A stretch of DNA of 64,000 nt from Phoronis australis (Eukaryota > Animalia > Phoronida): contig NMRA01000222.1 in NCBI GenBank assembly GCA_002633005.1, positions 594,988 through 658,987 on the forward strand, written 5' to 3'. The notes under the pieces are model-generated. The model made no database searches. It saw nothing but the letters and a program-made list of their open reading frames with translations, and was not told where the DNA came from. The translations under genes were made by a program, and so were the position numbers. Below, in pieces: positions 26,721 through 40,150 of the stretch (its first letter is position 1; every line of letters begins with the position of its first letter).

Positions 26721-29097
26721 CGACAAATGGGGATCCGGATGATAATAGTGAATAGGTTAATCATGTCACGTAGGGAATAAAAGTAGAAAATATGCGCTTG
26801 TGTTCACAAATCACACACATATTCAACATTTTGAAAAGGCACTTCGCCCATTTTACTTTAACTAAGGAAATTCATAGCGATACAAGGTTTTCCAGGAATC
26901 TTAGCTACATGTATATACGGTAATTTGAAATAAGATACAGTGAAAAATACACATCACGTAACTCATTCTTACACTCATGTGTGTAGACACCATCAGACAT
27001 TAAACGTCTTTTTAATACAGTTTACTTGATTTAAGCAAATAAGCACACACAACTAAGATTATGTATGAATGCATTCAGCCACATGTCTACAAAGCGGAGA
27101 TTAAATTGAGTAACGGGGTATATTCTTGTTGAAAGTACTGAAGCACATATATTCAATTCTTTAGGATGGGGAGCTCAGACAAAATAAAAAAGTACAGCTT
27201 TACAGAGCTCGTATTGTCAGTATTAAGTATCACTATTTTCTACTAGTTAACAAACAAGCCACAATATATTTTGACAACTCATAACAGTGTCAGAAGCTAA
27301 ATCACAATATTATTAATATTTTATTGCATAATTGACGTCACTAAGGAAGAACGCTCAACAACTTTGGCATCATACATCCTAGAGTTTGGAAGCTGAAAGT
27401 GAATGACCGGGACACATTTAACAAAATCGTTATTTGAGGTTAGGAAGACAAATTGAGTCAAGGAAAAATGCCGGGGTTTCAATAACCCCTCCTCCTGAAC
27501 ATAAGGTAAACTACAAAAACGCATACCATAATACATGTACTCAAACACTGGATATTAGCGGTGTGAATGACATGCAAACGTTTTACATTAAAGCTTACAT
27601 GAGTTTAAGAAGATAAATTTAGTCCAGGAAAAGTGCCTGGAGTTCAATATTCCCTCTAAGTGAACATAACGTAAACAAAAAATACGCATACAGTATCCTA
27701 GCTAACATTAGATGTTAGCCAAATGAAACTAAGTTTATCAAAATTACATGTACATGTACATGCACAGAAGACTGGCATAATGCTGTTGAACGTGAAACGG
27801 CAATAAGTCAATTGTTAAGAGTTTAGAATGAACATAGTTATTTTATTCCGTATATAACCCTGCTCAATATTTAATATATATCGCAAAGAATAGCAAGGAT
27901 CTCCTTACACAAGATTTGACCAAACTGGCTCTTCACACAAAGATTTTCAACTGAAACATTCGTCGTTGGGTTTGATGTTTCCAAGTTTGTGTTAGCGGTT
28001 TTAGAATTACTGGAAATGCCCGAGACCCCCTGTAATTGGTTTACATTATTGAACTTGATTTAAAAATTCAATGATCAGATTTGTTTCCTAGTTACGTAAA
28101 TATGCGACAAACATGATACATTGTTACAACAGAAAGTTGTTGTACATCAACATGTCGTAGATATGCCTAAGCGACTTAATGGTTAGCCTGCTTTAAACCA
28201 AAAGATTTACAAAGTATTTTATTTCTTAAAAGGCAAAAATATCAGCATGGAGACACACGGTTGCAAACAAACTTTTCTTGCGCGAGCGGTATTACCACAT
28301 TATTTTTTTTCGTAGCCCAGTAACATCGTTCCGAAAGTAAACACACTGTCGGTTTTGTGCCAACTGATATTTAGTCTCTATGGCTGTGCTGATTTCCTTA
28401 TTTTAGAAAAGTCACGTGAATTGACTAAGCTGGTATGTGTAATTACTTTACACCTGTACATGATACATAATGTCTTGGTTCATCATACGAGGACGCTGCG
28501 AATGAATCGCATTTAAAAGGGATTGTAAAGAATACCTAAAACGTTGTTTGATATTTTGCTGTTAGTCAAAATATGATAAAAGTTTCTGAGTTCCTAAACG
28601 CAGCACAGTACGAAGACAACTATTCAGTGTTTAGGGCAGTGCAGGGTCATTTAAAACCAGTGCAGTATGCATGGCGATCGAGTTCATGAAGCTGTTGCCT
28701 TCACGCGATAGACAGCAGGAAGGTACATGTAAAATAATCATTGCAGCTTGGCGTCTTTGTGGATCTGGCACATCCTTTGTTTCTCAGATACCCGACGTAG
28801 TTTCTAATACAAACCATGTGCCAGAATAGATGGGAATCATCTAGTTTTTATCTACTATTCTGCAGTGTATAACGTAATCTAAAGAAATTAAGCATCAGCT
28901 GAAATTTGTACGGACGTTGTTCTACCTGTATGCAGTGAGGATCCATTAAAAAATAACCAATTTGTAAAAAATGTGATGTAAGTTTAAGGTGTCCCCAAAA
29001 ACGCTGTTCCTTTATCTTGCGACCTATATCCAGTTTTTGGGCTTCAAAATGATCTGTCACATCGGACTGATTGATTTTATCGATGTTTGATTTAATT

Positions 29098-32000
29098 TCA
29101 AAGTTGAGTGCTCTCCTCTGGAAAAGACAGAAAGTCGTCAATCTCATGTGCTACAGAACTTATAGACATATCCTCACTTATAAGTGACGCCACCGAGAGG
29201 TTGCAACCAGTCTGTTGCAATACGATTGCTCTGATTTCCACTGCCAAGTTTGAGTCCACCCCCATATTTGGAAGACTACGATCAACTAACACTGAATCAA
29301 CCCTGGTAACAAGAATTTCACTGATTGTATATTGAAGGAATTCTACAAGTTTTGTTCGTCTCTCCAACGGAGGCAATTGCTTATCATTTTCTGTAAACAC
29401 ATGCTTCCCACTTTCAGAAGAGCCAACCTCTTCTTGTAATTTCTTAAGTATTGGGTCAATGAATGTACGGCAACGGTATCTTGATGAAGAGTTTGGTTTA
29501 GTTATAATACCATTTCTTACAACCTTTGTCCAATTCACATTCCACACAATGACTTGGGGCAGATTTGAGATCAGTATGGACTCCAAGCATTGGTGAATTT
29601 CGTTTGCTTCCAATGGTTCCATACCTTTTAAGGAAAATGCACGAATAAGGTCATCACGCCCTTCCAATGCTCCCAGAGCCAGCGGTCCCCAATTTATAGT
29701 TTGGCTTGGCAAACCAAGTCCCCTCCGATAGAATGCAAAAGAATCCTGAAAAGAGTTGGCCGCACCGTAATTGGTTTGTCCTGGATTGCCAATTGCTGAT
29801 GCAACAGAAGAGTGCATGATGAAATAATCGAGAGGGTCATTCTGAGTCACGAAGTGGAGATGCAATGTGCCAAGTATCTTCGGATTGAGCACTTTGCAAA
29901 AACTTTCATGAGACTGATTTTCCACGATTGCGTCTGATAAAACCATTGCCCCGCTGAAGACCCCTTTGATTGGAAAACTTGGATAAGATTTTCGCAATTT
30001 GCTTATTGCAATGGACAAGGCTTTATAATCTGAAACGTCTGCCTTTACGCTAGATATATTCGAACAAAACAATTCTCTTGTTTTATGCATGAAACTCAAT
30101 TCATCTTTTCCGGGGTCTCTTCTTGACAAAATAACGATCAGGCCAGCGTGACGATAAGCTAAGAACTTGACAAGTTCTTTTCCCAGCCCGGTGTGACCAC
30201 CGATAACGAGATACATTGCTGCCACATCGAAAAGTGTAGTACGGTCACACAAAGCAGGATACGGCTCTTCAGGTGTGAGGCGATGGTGAACACTTGACTT
30301 CGAATTCGACAGTTGTTTTCGGAAAATCCCTCGATACCTTGCACCAGTGACACTGTGAGCTTTCAAAAACCCTTTCTTCTGAAGTTTCTTTAGCCATTCA
30401 ACTGTTCTTGGTAAAGCTAACTTAAGATAATTTGGATTCAGCCAGTGATTGTTGATTCCATTCCATGGGAACATCTCATGGACCACCTTAACTTTTTGCA
30501 TTGCATCCTTAGACATGCTCGGGACTTTGCTCAAGTCAGTAAGAAGGAAGATAACATCGTATTCCTCGAATTGATAGTCCTTCTGTACAACCGAAGATGT
30601 TATTTTCTTCGAATAGTACTGGGCAATATGTTGCAGAAGCACAGCAAACTTGCTTTCTTCCCTGTCACACAAAACAAGAACACTGTCCTTTTCACAAAGA
30701 GAAAGCTTGCAATTGAAAATATCCCAAAGCATAACAAACGTTGATAGCAACGGACGGCATCCCTCAGGCACAGATGATATTGGGAGAACACAAGATTCAG
30801 GGACATGGAGCACTGACTGCAATATTGTTGGGTAACATACGACAACTTCCAACCCGTCCTTGAATCTTTTACTGTTCTTGCCGGTTACAAACCCTGCCAT
30901 ATCTACAGCTGCAAAATAGTTGTCCACGTTCATATTAGAGGGCTTCTCCCCATGCTCAGTGACAGTGGCAGGGAGCATATGAGGATCTGGTTGGCAAAAA
31001 AAAGATACGGACACAACCACATTTCCATCGTCATTATTCATCAGCTGCTTCGTCAGAACATACTGTGGCTTTTGATACTTTTCACCACCAATGATTCTCA
31101 AGGGCATTGAACTGCCCATTGCAAGGATGGTTCGAAATCGAGATTTCACGATATCTTCATCAACCCTTTTTATTGAACTGAAATAGACTTCTGAGTCACG
31201 CAAAGCAATTTCGGGACACACCACTAGCCGTGAGTTCTGAACTATTTTGGATAAGTGTGCGAGTTCAAGAATCGAACAGGCACCCATGTCGATTAACAAA
31301 GATGGTCTTTCAGAAGTGTTTACTTCTACTTGAAGACACCGAAGCATGCCCCATATCTCAGAGCCAACAACATTAGTGTGTGATTCAATGCCACAATACT
31401 GGGTGTTAAGTGTGATGGCGATTACACACAGTTTCAAGTTATACTCTTGCAATAAAGCGTATATGTTGCGAAGGCCGTTGCAGCTGAACTTTACATTAGT
31501 GTCAAGTTCATTGATCTTCAACACGTCTTTGGAGTGGCTTAAGGCCCAGCAGTAAACCAGTGTACTGAATTTACTCAAAAATGACACCATTTCTGCCTTA
31601 TTTTGGGGTTGTAAAATTCCAGTTTGAGAAAAAAGCAAACCAAACTTCGAATCCATATTCACTATAGTAACATTGGATCCTAGAGAGTTGCACAGAACAT
31701 TGCTCACATGACCAGCTTTAGTAAACACAACAGTATTGTCATTTTGGTTGGACCCATTAGGAATTGCAAATTCGTCTTGCTTCTCCCACACTATGTCATA
31801 GAACAAACGTTCTGGTGGGACACTGGCAATGCTCTTTAGTGTCAGCTTTGGACACTCAACTATCATTGTGCCTGTCTCATCAAGCAAAGCTGCCCAACAT
31901 TCAAGGTCGCTGGCAGTCTTATGTAGAAGCTGCAGATAGCCATACATGTGCTCTTCCATTATACCGCGAACAACAAGACCGCTGTAGGCTTTAGGAAGAT

Positions 32001-34409
32001 ACTGGACTGAAGCGTTGTTATGACCATTTCCATCGCCAGGACAAACAAAAATTGCAGAAGCTTGAAATAGCATGTCTAATACCGCAGGATGAACACAATG
32101 GATTTGGAGCTCGGGTAACATTTTGGATGGAACCTTTATTGAAACCAATACTTCTTCTTGTGAAGCCCAACCCTTTTGCACGCCTTTAAGAGAGGGGCCA
32201 TACTGAAAACCGATACTGCGTAGAGCCCCGTAAAAGCAGTCAGCGGAAATAATATTAGTTAGCCGCCATTTGATCAGGTCGATATTCCATGAAACCGTAT
32301 CCTTAGGACCTTTTTCTAGCTTTACATAGCTCATCGAAATCGTCGCCTTGTCCTTTGTGACATTTAGTTCGTAAACATTCGATGCCTTTGGTGTAACTAA
32401 TACGGTTAATTTTGTTTTGACATTTGTGTTCAATGGTGACAGAAGATTTACATCTACCACACAATTTCTTAAGGTTACCCGTGAATCGAGAATTGTTGTA
32501 GTGCAGTGTAAAGCGATTTCTGCTTGAACACTTCCTGGCGCAAATAAGTCACTGAAAATTACGTGATCTCTGACAAACGTCAACTCATTAGCATCCAGAG
32601 TGACTTGGAATTTGGCTGGGTCTTTTGACAGCATCCGAATGAAAGGATGAGACTCTGATTTGATGGCTTCCAGAGATTCGTTAATCTCGGTTTCCACAGG
32701 TTGCAATAGTCGTTGGAACTGATATCGTGGAATGCTAGTGTAGCTGAATAGTTGGTTTTTAAATAACGTTTTCCATTGAATTGTTAGGCCATTTTGGTAC
32801 AGTTCACAAATAGTCGACATAATTGTGTGTATTTCGGAATTCGGTTTTCCGGACGACATGTGTTTAAAAACCACAGAACGGCCACATATTTCAGCAATGT
32901 TTGCACGGAGAGCAGCTTTCGGTCCAATTTCAATGACAATGTTAATTTTGGTATCAGAAAGAGCACTCCTCAGAGCAACGTCAAATAAAACTGGTGCACG
33001 CATGTTTTCCGCCCAGTATTGTGGAGTGCATAATTTACCCAAAGCAAGTTCTCTTCCGAAGACAGTTGAGAACATGGTAGACCTAGAACTCGTTTCTGAC
33101 GACCGCAGGTCACCTAATGCCGAAATGAGGCTTGGAACTATCGGGTCAACATGGTGACTATGGAAAGCTGATAAAACGGGCAAATTTCGTAAGAATAAAT
33201 TCAATGTCAAGCTTTTGTCAAGGATAGTCAGTTTTTCAAACAATTCGTCCACGGCATCTGCGTCACCAGCCACGGTACAAGATGTTGGGGAGTTAAATGC
33301 AGCAATACACAGTCTCCCATTGAAAGGCTTACACATCTCTTTAACCTTATCAACAGCCAGTTTACCAACTACCAACATTTTCCCACCAACCACTGTGTCT
33401 TGAAGACGACCGCGGTGATATATGACTCTAACAGCCTCTTCAAGATCAAGGGCACCAGAAACGTACGCTGCAGCAACTTCGCCAACTGAATGACCTACTA
33501 TGCAATGCGGAATAATACCCAAATTCTTAAACAGTCCGCAAATTCCAACTTGGTAGGCGAACAATGCTGGCTGTACGATACTCGGGGGAGACGACTCTGT
33601 TAACTTGGAAATACTGTCTACCAAGCTATTTCCAGAGAGCTGCTTGAAAATGTCGCTGACAGTTTTAATTTTACTGTGAAATGTTGGATAACGCTTCATA
33701 AGCTCTATTGCCATTCCTTCCCACGTGGTACCCATTCCACAAAATACAAATGTGATTTGTGAATGTGCAGGATCAAAACTTTGGCGTGGATCTCCCAAAA
33801 GACAGCTTTGGAGATTGAATTCAAGTTCTTCGAGAGAGCTGATTGGAAAAGCTGTTCGGTATGGATAGTGATTTCGCTTCACAGTGCTAGTGTACGAAAG
33901 GTTTTCTAATGAGTACTTTGAAACTCTTAATTTGTTCAGATAATACTGAATATTACTCTTAAGACTTTCCGGGCTCGTGGCAGACATTGCAATAACTAAA
34001 TGGTCGGTTATTTGTACGTTATCATGAGATACATTTTTGTTCACAATGCTTTCCACCAAAACATGGGTATTGGTACCACCGAATCCAAATGAATTCAGGG
34101 CAGCTACGCGCTTACCGTGTTTGTTTGCTGACCATTTGTATACCTCTGTTGCCACACTCAAATTATGTTCTGCAAACTTAATGCTCTTGTTAGGATTTTG
34201 CTTATAATGTAAGGAAGGTACAATCAGAGCATGATTCATCATGAGCAACACTTTGATCAACCCTGCCATACCAGAAGCCGATTCCGTGTGTCCAATATTC
34301 GATTTGGACGAGCCGACGTAACAAAGTCCATTGCAGGGATCACGAGTCATCCCGTATGCTTCTATCGTTGAAGTGGATTCTGCAGCATCACCAACCCGAG
34401 TTCCAGTCC
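29098..34409 (-). CDS. Iterative type I polyketide synthase, terminal 5.3-kb coding exon (end of KS, AT, DH, structural KR, inactive ER, KR, ACP)
   Basis: Open 1783-codon frame with KS motifs (G)TGT and KSNIGHTE and NSFGFGGTN; AT FVFCGMG, GHSVG, SAFHSH; DH DHVIFSDLFAP and HPAVLD; KR GGHTGLG, LSD, GNPGQTNYGAAN; ACP GVDS; TGA stop at 29098-29100. Acceptor tttcAG at 34411-34410 gives a phase-1 join to the upstream exon. Confidence 0.96.
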
Positions 34410-34731
34410 CTGAAATATATTTCGAATGCAGAACAACACAAGCATGCAAATTTTGTATGTGGATACACGAAGTATTGAGACTATACCACGACTAATAGAT
34501 ACACAACAAAATGTAGTCATACATGTACATGTACATGTAGGGCAAATGGATAGGTGGAATTGTAAGAAAAACGCTAAACGGTGTTCGAAGGTGACGACGC
34601 CGAAGCCAACATTAAAGTCATATGATCCGTTTTAAAACACCATGAATTTGCATTTAAACCATTGAAACATACTTTCTGATACTTAATTAGATCTTTTCGT
34701 AAGTATGAGATCAATCTACTGCCTGTATATA

Positions 34732-37700
34732 CCCTTACAAAAATTGAACTTAAGTTTCCTTTATGTTGAGTTGTATTCGTAAGGCAGTTTCCCCCGGAAG
34801 TCAACTGTTTGAATTTTATAACCGACAGTCAACTTCGAAGAAAAAGTCGTGTGTTGGCTAGCCCGCGACAATGAAGGTTATATTTCTACGAGCAGAGCCA
34901 GCAAGAAGACATTTCAGAAATTGGTAATTCTTTACACTATGACGACATTGACTTACACATATGATTTTGGTATCGTTCGATTTCTTTCATCGTTATCTTT
35001 CCAAAAATATATGAATGTATCCCCTACCGCGTTTCCTCCGTATTTTATTGTCGAATTTCGGTTTGCACTATTTCCCGATTGACACCGCCCTGTTAGCTCA
35101 ACTCAAGATTACAGCGACACCTGTTGTTAATGAATGAAACAGCATCATCGATTCTGAATGGTGTTTGCTCGCGCGAGATTCCCGCTAAAGTTTTCCCGAC
35201 ATAATATGGAGAAACAAGTTGCGGCATTTCACCTTTTTCCATTTTTTTATAATTGTGACCATTTGACCATTTTTCCACGAAACTGTTTGAAGTGAAACCC
35301 TTTTCACCAAGTTGGACCTCAGAAACAACCTCCGCTTTTTCGTGGATTCTTGCTAGCAGATGCGTACATGTACCAGGGTCACCATAGGATCGAATTCGAA
35401 CCCTTGGGACCGTAACTCAGGCAGAGGATAGACGGGTCTCGGTCAATTTGAACCTATGAAAAGCGACAATCTGCTGAAGTCGGTAGATTAGTTCAGTTTT
35501 TGACCGCCACGTGACTCCTTCCATTCCAACATGGCGGTGTTATTACCGAGTACCGGGAAATAGTACGAGCAGAAATTTCACGATAAAATACAAAGGGAGC
35601 AGGGCAGGAAAGAATCCGTTGTACTTTTAGAAAGATAACGTTGCAAGGAATCGAACAATACCGAAATCACATCTGTAAGTCAATGTCGTCAAATTGTAAA
35701 CAATTACCCAGAAATTTTGGAAGTCAGATTAGTGCCAGAGAGCGTTCTAAAATCGATTGGCCACAATCGGTTCTGTGCTTTCCAACGAACGTGTTATGTT
35801 CAGCCACTCACGAGTCACGCTGTTACATGCCGACATGAACTCATTCTGTCTGTGAATTATCTAAGCTTCTAACGCGTAATATACTTCTGGAGGCCAATAG
35901 GAGGAAGCCATGACGTTCACATAAGACTATTACTGTACTAATTATATTTCTGTCTTCTGAGGTTGTGTCAGTGAGCATCAATGCAAGGGGGGGGGGGACT
36001 ACCAAGGCAAAGTCTAATCATTTCCCAAGTTGGGTATATTGGCATTGGTTGTGTGTGCTTATGTCTATGTTCGTAGTAATTCTTCGAAGCTCCTGATTTT
36101 GAAATCTCATATCACTACAAGTCAATAATTTGCAAGGTTCACTTGCCTCATCCACGCACCCACCCTATAATATGGGGGTGCTCAAAATTTTGGGCATGTT
36201 GACCTTTTACTAAAAACGGGGTATGTTCAGAGCTGTGCACAGTGCATTCTTGAATTACAGCTTTTTAGTGGACTTGTGTCTCGTTTTCTCAGTTTTTTTG
36301 TTTCTTTGAGGCTGACCTTTTCATGCCTACTTTGGCAAGTGAGGGGGTGCTCGATCGAGCCTCCCCTGGGTGCGCGCATGTGCCTGGTTCTCAAAAATAA
36401 GAATCACCAATGTAACTATTGTGTTGCCTAGTTTGACTGATTTGCTCAGGTTTGTCGAGAGGATCTAGGTTATTGAATGGACATCCCGATCCCACTACTA
36501 GTACTCTATCTGGAATACCCCCCGGCATAGGTCACAATGTACCCATGGGAACTCTCACCAGTCAACATGTTAACTATTGTTATGCACAGTGAAACTAGCA
36601 TAATTCCTGTCTAATTGCACCAAATAATTCAATGCAAATAAGGAAAATCTGTGTGATTTGACTTTGGGATTGAGTAATACTATGTGCTTTCGAATTGTGG
36701 AATACTAGAATGTCGCAAAAATTTGCATATTCAGACTTAAAATTTTCACATTCATTGCGAGTTCGACTGGTTTTATTGAAATCAAATATTTCAGTGTCAT
36801 GGTGAAAGTGGTAGTTAATCTGCGTACATCTTTACCTAGGAGTTGAGTTGAGTTGAATATGGACTGACTATGTCTGTAGGGGCATATTCTTTTCCCTCAA
36901 GAAATTTGCTTGAAACCTCAATTTAATATCTTTGCAAATGTCACCCAGTAAAGCGATTGGTAGGAGTACAGGATATAGTATTTTTATGTTTACTGTAGTA
37001 CATGACATAATAATTTTATTATTATTGTAAACTATGGTTACGTAAGACCTCTCGTGAAGACCATGCCAGAATCTTCAATGGTGGATTCAGAGGACAGCTA
37101 AGGGGCCATGGCCCTGGCCTCCTAAAACGCTACAAGATCATTTGGCAGTTGGGGGGCAGGGGGTGAATGTGTGATGGGCAAAACCCTATCTAATACTCTG
37201 CCGTAACCCCCGCAACTCAAAATCCTGGATCCGCCCGACCGCCCCTGATCTTTACATGGATAACATTCCCTGTAAATGGGTTACGTCTGGATTCTTAAGA
37301 AGCTATCACATACTGTTATGTTTGCTAATATCTCATTGTTTTCAGGCCTCTATTAACTTGGTGGAGTACTTGGAAGAACTAGACATCCAAACATTTGCAT
37401 CGAAACAATCACCCAGGGGTGGTATTGGGCTGTTTACATCCACATGGCAGGTGGAGTTTCATATGTTTCATTGTTGAGTTAGAAATAGTACTGCTATCAG
37501 GGCTTGAATTTGAAACAATATGAAATATGCCCTTGGTTTAGCCAATGGGCTTATAATCTTTAACAAACTCACTGATTCTTGTAGCCATTTGGTCAAGTCA
37601 GTGTAAAGCTTCTTGGTTTTGCTATAAGTTTCAAAAAGTACACGCGGAAGTATACATGTGAGATTAAAGTTTCAGTTCTAGCCCTGGTTGTGCCGGCTAA

Positions 37701-39200
37701 ATGTCCATGAAACATTCGTAAGACGACATTTCAGTTCTATGCTGGCTGGAGACAGCTAGTTAGAATACAACTAGCTCTGCTCATTCTGTAGAGTTGTGCA
37801 TTGTCTTATCAGATTAACGAATTAAATAATGAAAAGTTCATCAAAATAATGGGAATTGTAGTTTATTGAAGTTGCCAACAGTTTCATCATTTGATAAAAA
37901 TGTTAATTAATTTGTCATAGAACTTGAACTAAAAAGTTACAGAACACGATAACTGGTTAGCCTGAAGTCCAACTTTTATTAACACATTAAGTTTTGTCAC
38001 ATGCACGGTTTGTTCTAGATTGTGATAGCATGGTAGGTGACCATGTGCATGTTTTGTATTCAGTTTGTGAAGAATAAAATTGTTTTGAATGTCACGAATC
38101 CAGGATTAAAACTTCATTCAAAACAGTATGTGGAAAATTGACTCACTGCATTGCATGCTTGGAGTAAACGTGCAGACTAGTCTTGCACTTGAATCCTGGA
38201 GAGTGATTGGTTAAATTTTGACTTTGAAGACTATTTTCTAGGCTCTCTATACAAGTCTGGAAGTTTTACAAATCAGTGTTGTATAAACAGTACGATAAAT
38301 ATTCAGCAAGTTAAGTTGTCTTATACAGATACCGTTTACCCGTCTGTTATTAAAATTTGTTGTCTTCATTACAGAGTGCGCCTTTAACAATCGTTGGATA
38401 AGGAAGGCTACCCAGACAACACAACGTACGCACTTAAGAACTGTAGCTCATGAACCTATGAATTCAGTTATCTGAGCTCAAAAACGCGTGTTTGTCGTCA
38501 CAAAACATGGATAATTTGCCCGTGAAGTTAAGCGAGCAGATCCAGCTAAAGAAAATTAAGTGACTTGTGGTCAAGCATAGGGCCCTTTCACATTGGCTTA
38601 ACTGTTGTCTGAGTGGAGCATCGACGTATACCACGAAGTTAACTGGACCTTTCATTCTGGCTTCGGTAGTTAATGAACTTCGAAGTAGGTGACGCTGTCG
38701 TGATCGAAAGTATCGCAAGGGAGCACTGCACGCTAAGATGTGACAATTTGGAAACATTTACATGTGTTAATTGACATAAAACTTATTTTTAAATTGATTG
38801 GTGATTATTAGAGCAAGGTATAAGCAACTATTAGCCATCCCACTACTATGCAATTGTTAATGATAACAGTGGCCCCTGGCAATAACTTCGATACGACCGA
38901 AGTTGATCGTTAATACTGCGCCACAGCGTTGACGCAAAGCACTTAAATCCGCCTGTTTATTGCGAAGTTAACTAACGCTGTTAACTTCCTTCCAGGACCA
39001 AAGTTTAAGCGTTCATACTGACATTAACTCCCAAAAACGTCGACGCGTCGATGTTAGTATGAAAGGCCCTAAAGATATGTGTATGAAATTCAGTAGCTTT
39101 ATATTAAAGGAAAAAGAATACTTTTGTGGTCAAATGTCTAAGTTTTCCATCTCGTATAACCAGGTTGTACTTAGGGTTACTTTTAGTGAAACTTGTTCGC
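34732..39200 (+). mobile_element. Large non-autonomous DNA element, copy 1 (CCCTTACAAAAA terminus, EnSpm/CMC-like)
   Basis: Starts cccttacaaaaattgaacttaagtt, matching the reverse complement of 59517; interior colinear with 54020-58635. Right boundary approximate. Confidence 0.65.
38579..39070. mobile_element. MITE, with further copies at about 17590-17902 and 50400-50722
   Basis: TIR agggccctttca / tgaaaggccct; shared interior gaagttgatc.tt.atact...actcccaaaaac.tcgacgcg; absent from the paralogous site near 58500. Confidence 0.8.
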
Positions 39201-39903
39201 ACGATGAAAACTTCATTTTTGTAAGGGTATTTTTGCTTTTATTTGTTGTTTTCTTAAAGGCTGCGTGATCAAAACAAACGAATGTTACCCATGCTCTATG
39301 GTTTGACCTTTAGAAAATTCTAGACAAATAATCTGCTGTTTAAGGTATTGCTTCGGAGAAGAGAAGTTCACCTTAGCTAGGTAATCTATTCGTTTCTTGA
39401 ACATTTTAGTGGCGATATTGCTCTCTGTATGAAGCTGAACAGCAAAACTATTACGCTTAGAATTAGATGAAACCATTACCTGGGGGAAATTACGTACTAA
39501 ATTTGATTTGTGCTCGAGTCATGTAAAATCTACAGTGTAGCCTAGCCCTAGCCCTAGGCCTATCAATAAATGTTATGACTAAAACTGAGTGTAATGCTAC
39601 TCTGGTTGTAGAGACCCTGTTTGTCAAGCGATGGTCTTGGGTTGGATTTCTACTTGCTGTCAAATTTCAAACTTGAATTAAAATATTATTCGTTGATTTT
39701 AATTGCCATAAGGAAAACATCGTCTATCACCAGGGACTCCGTAATCTACTAGCCAGCTAGCTAGTCTACTTGAACATAAACCAGCCTCAGGTTAATTGCA
39801 AGCCAATTTGGGAAGTGTTGGTTGACTGAAGGTTGTCTTAAAAAAGTAAGATCATACTGGCAAAACAATGCATATAATGGCTATCATTCAGCGGAGAAAT
39901 CTG

Positions 39904-40150
39904 GGGCCTGTTCCAAGAAACTGACTTAAGTTCATTTTTGACTTAAGTCTAAGATTTGTCTTAACTTCCGAACTTTGAAACTTCCACATTTGAATAGTTG
40001 GTCAAAATTAAGACAAACTTAGGTCATACACTTAAGTCAAACTTAAGATCTTTTTCTTGATTTGGTTTTGAGACAAATTCAACTTTTATTTTAAAATTTA
40101 CTAAAATTTAAGATTCGTCTTAGCTAAGTCAGTTTTGTTGGAACGGGCCC
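39904..40150. mobile_element. Harbinger-like MITE
   Basis: TIR gggcctgttccaagaaactgactta / taagtcagttttgttggaacgggccc. Confidence 0.8.

Noticed and set aside
29098-34409. Bacterial or fungal contamination, or recent horizontal transfer of the PKS
   Set aside because: Spliceosomal intron filled with metazoan transposons and motifs typical of animal PKSs.
29098-34409. Fatty acid synthase
   Set aside because: No thioesterase, ER lacks its NADPH motif, and the AT and KS motifs are unlike FAS.
34410-34449. ORF-track N-terminus MHACVVLHSKYIS of the 1783-aa ORF
   Set aside because: Intronic read-through upstream of the acceptor; the true exon starts at 34409.
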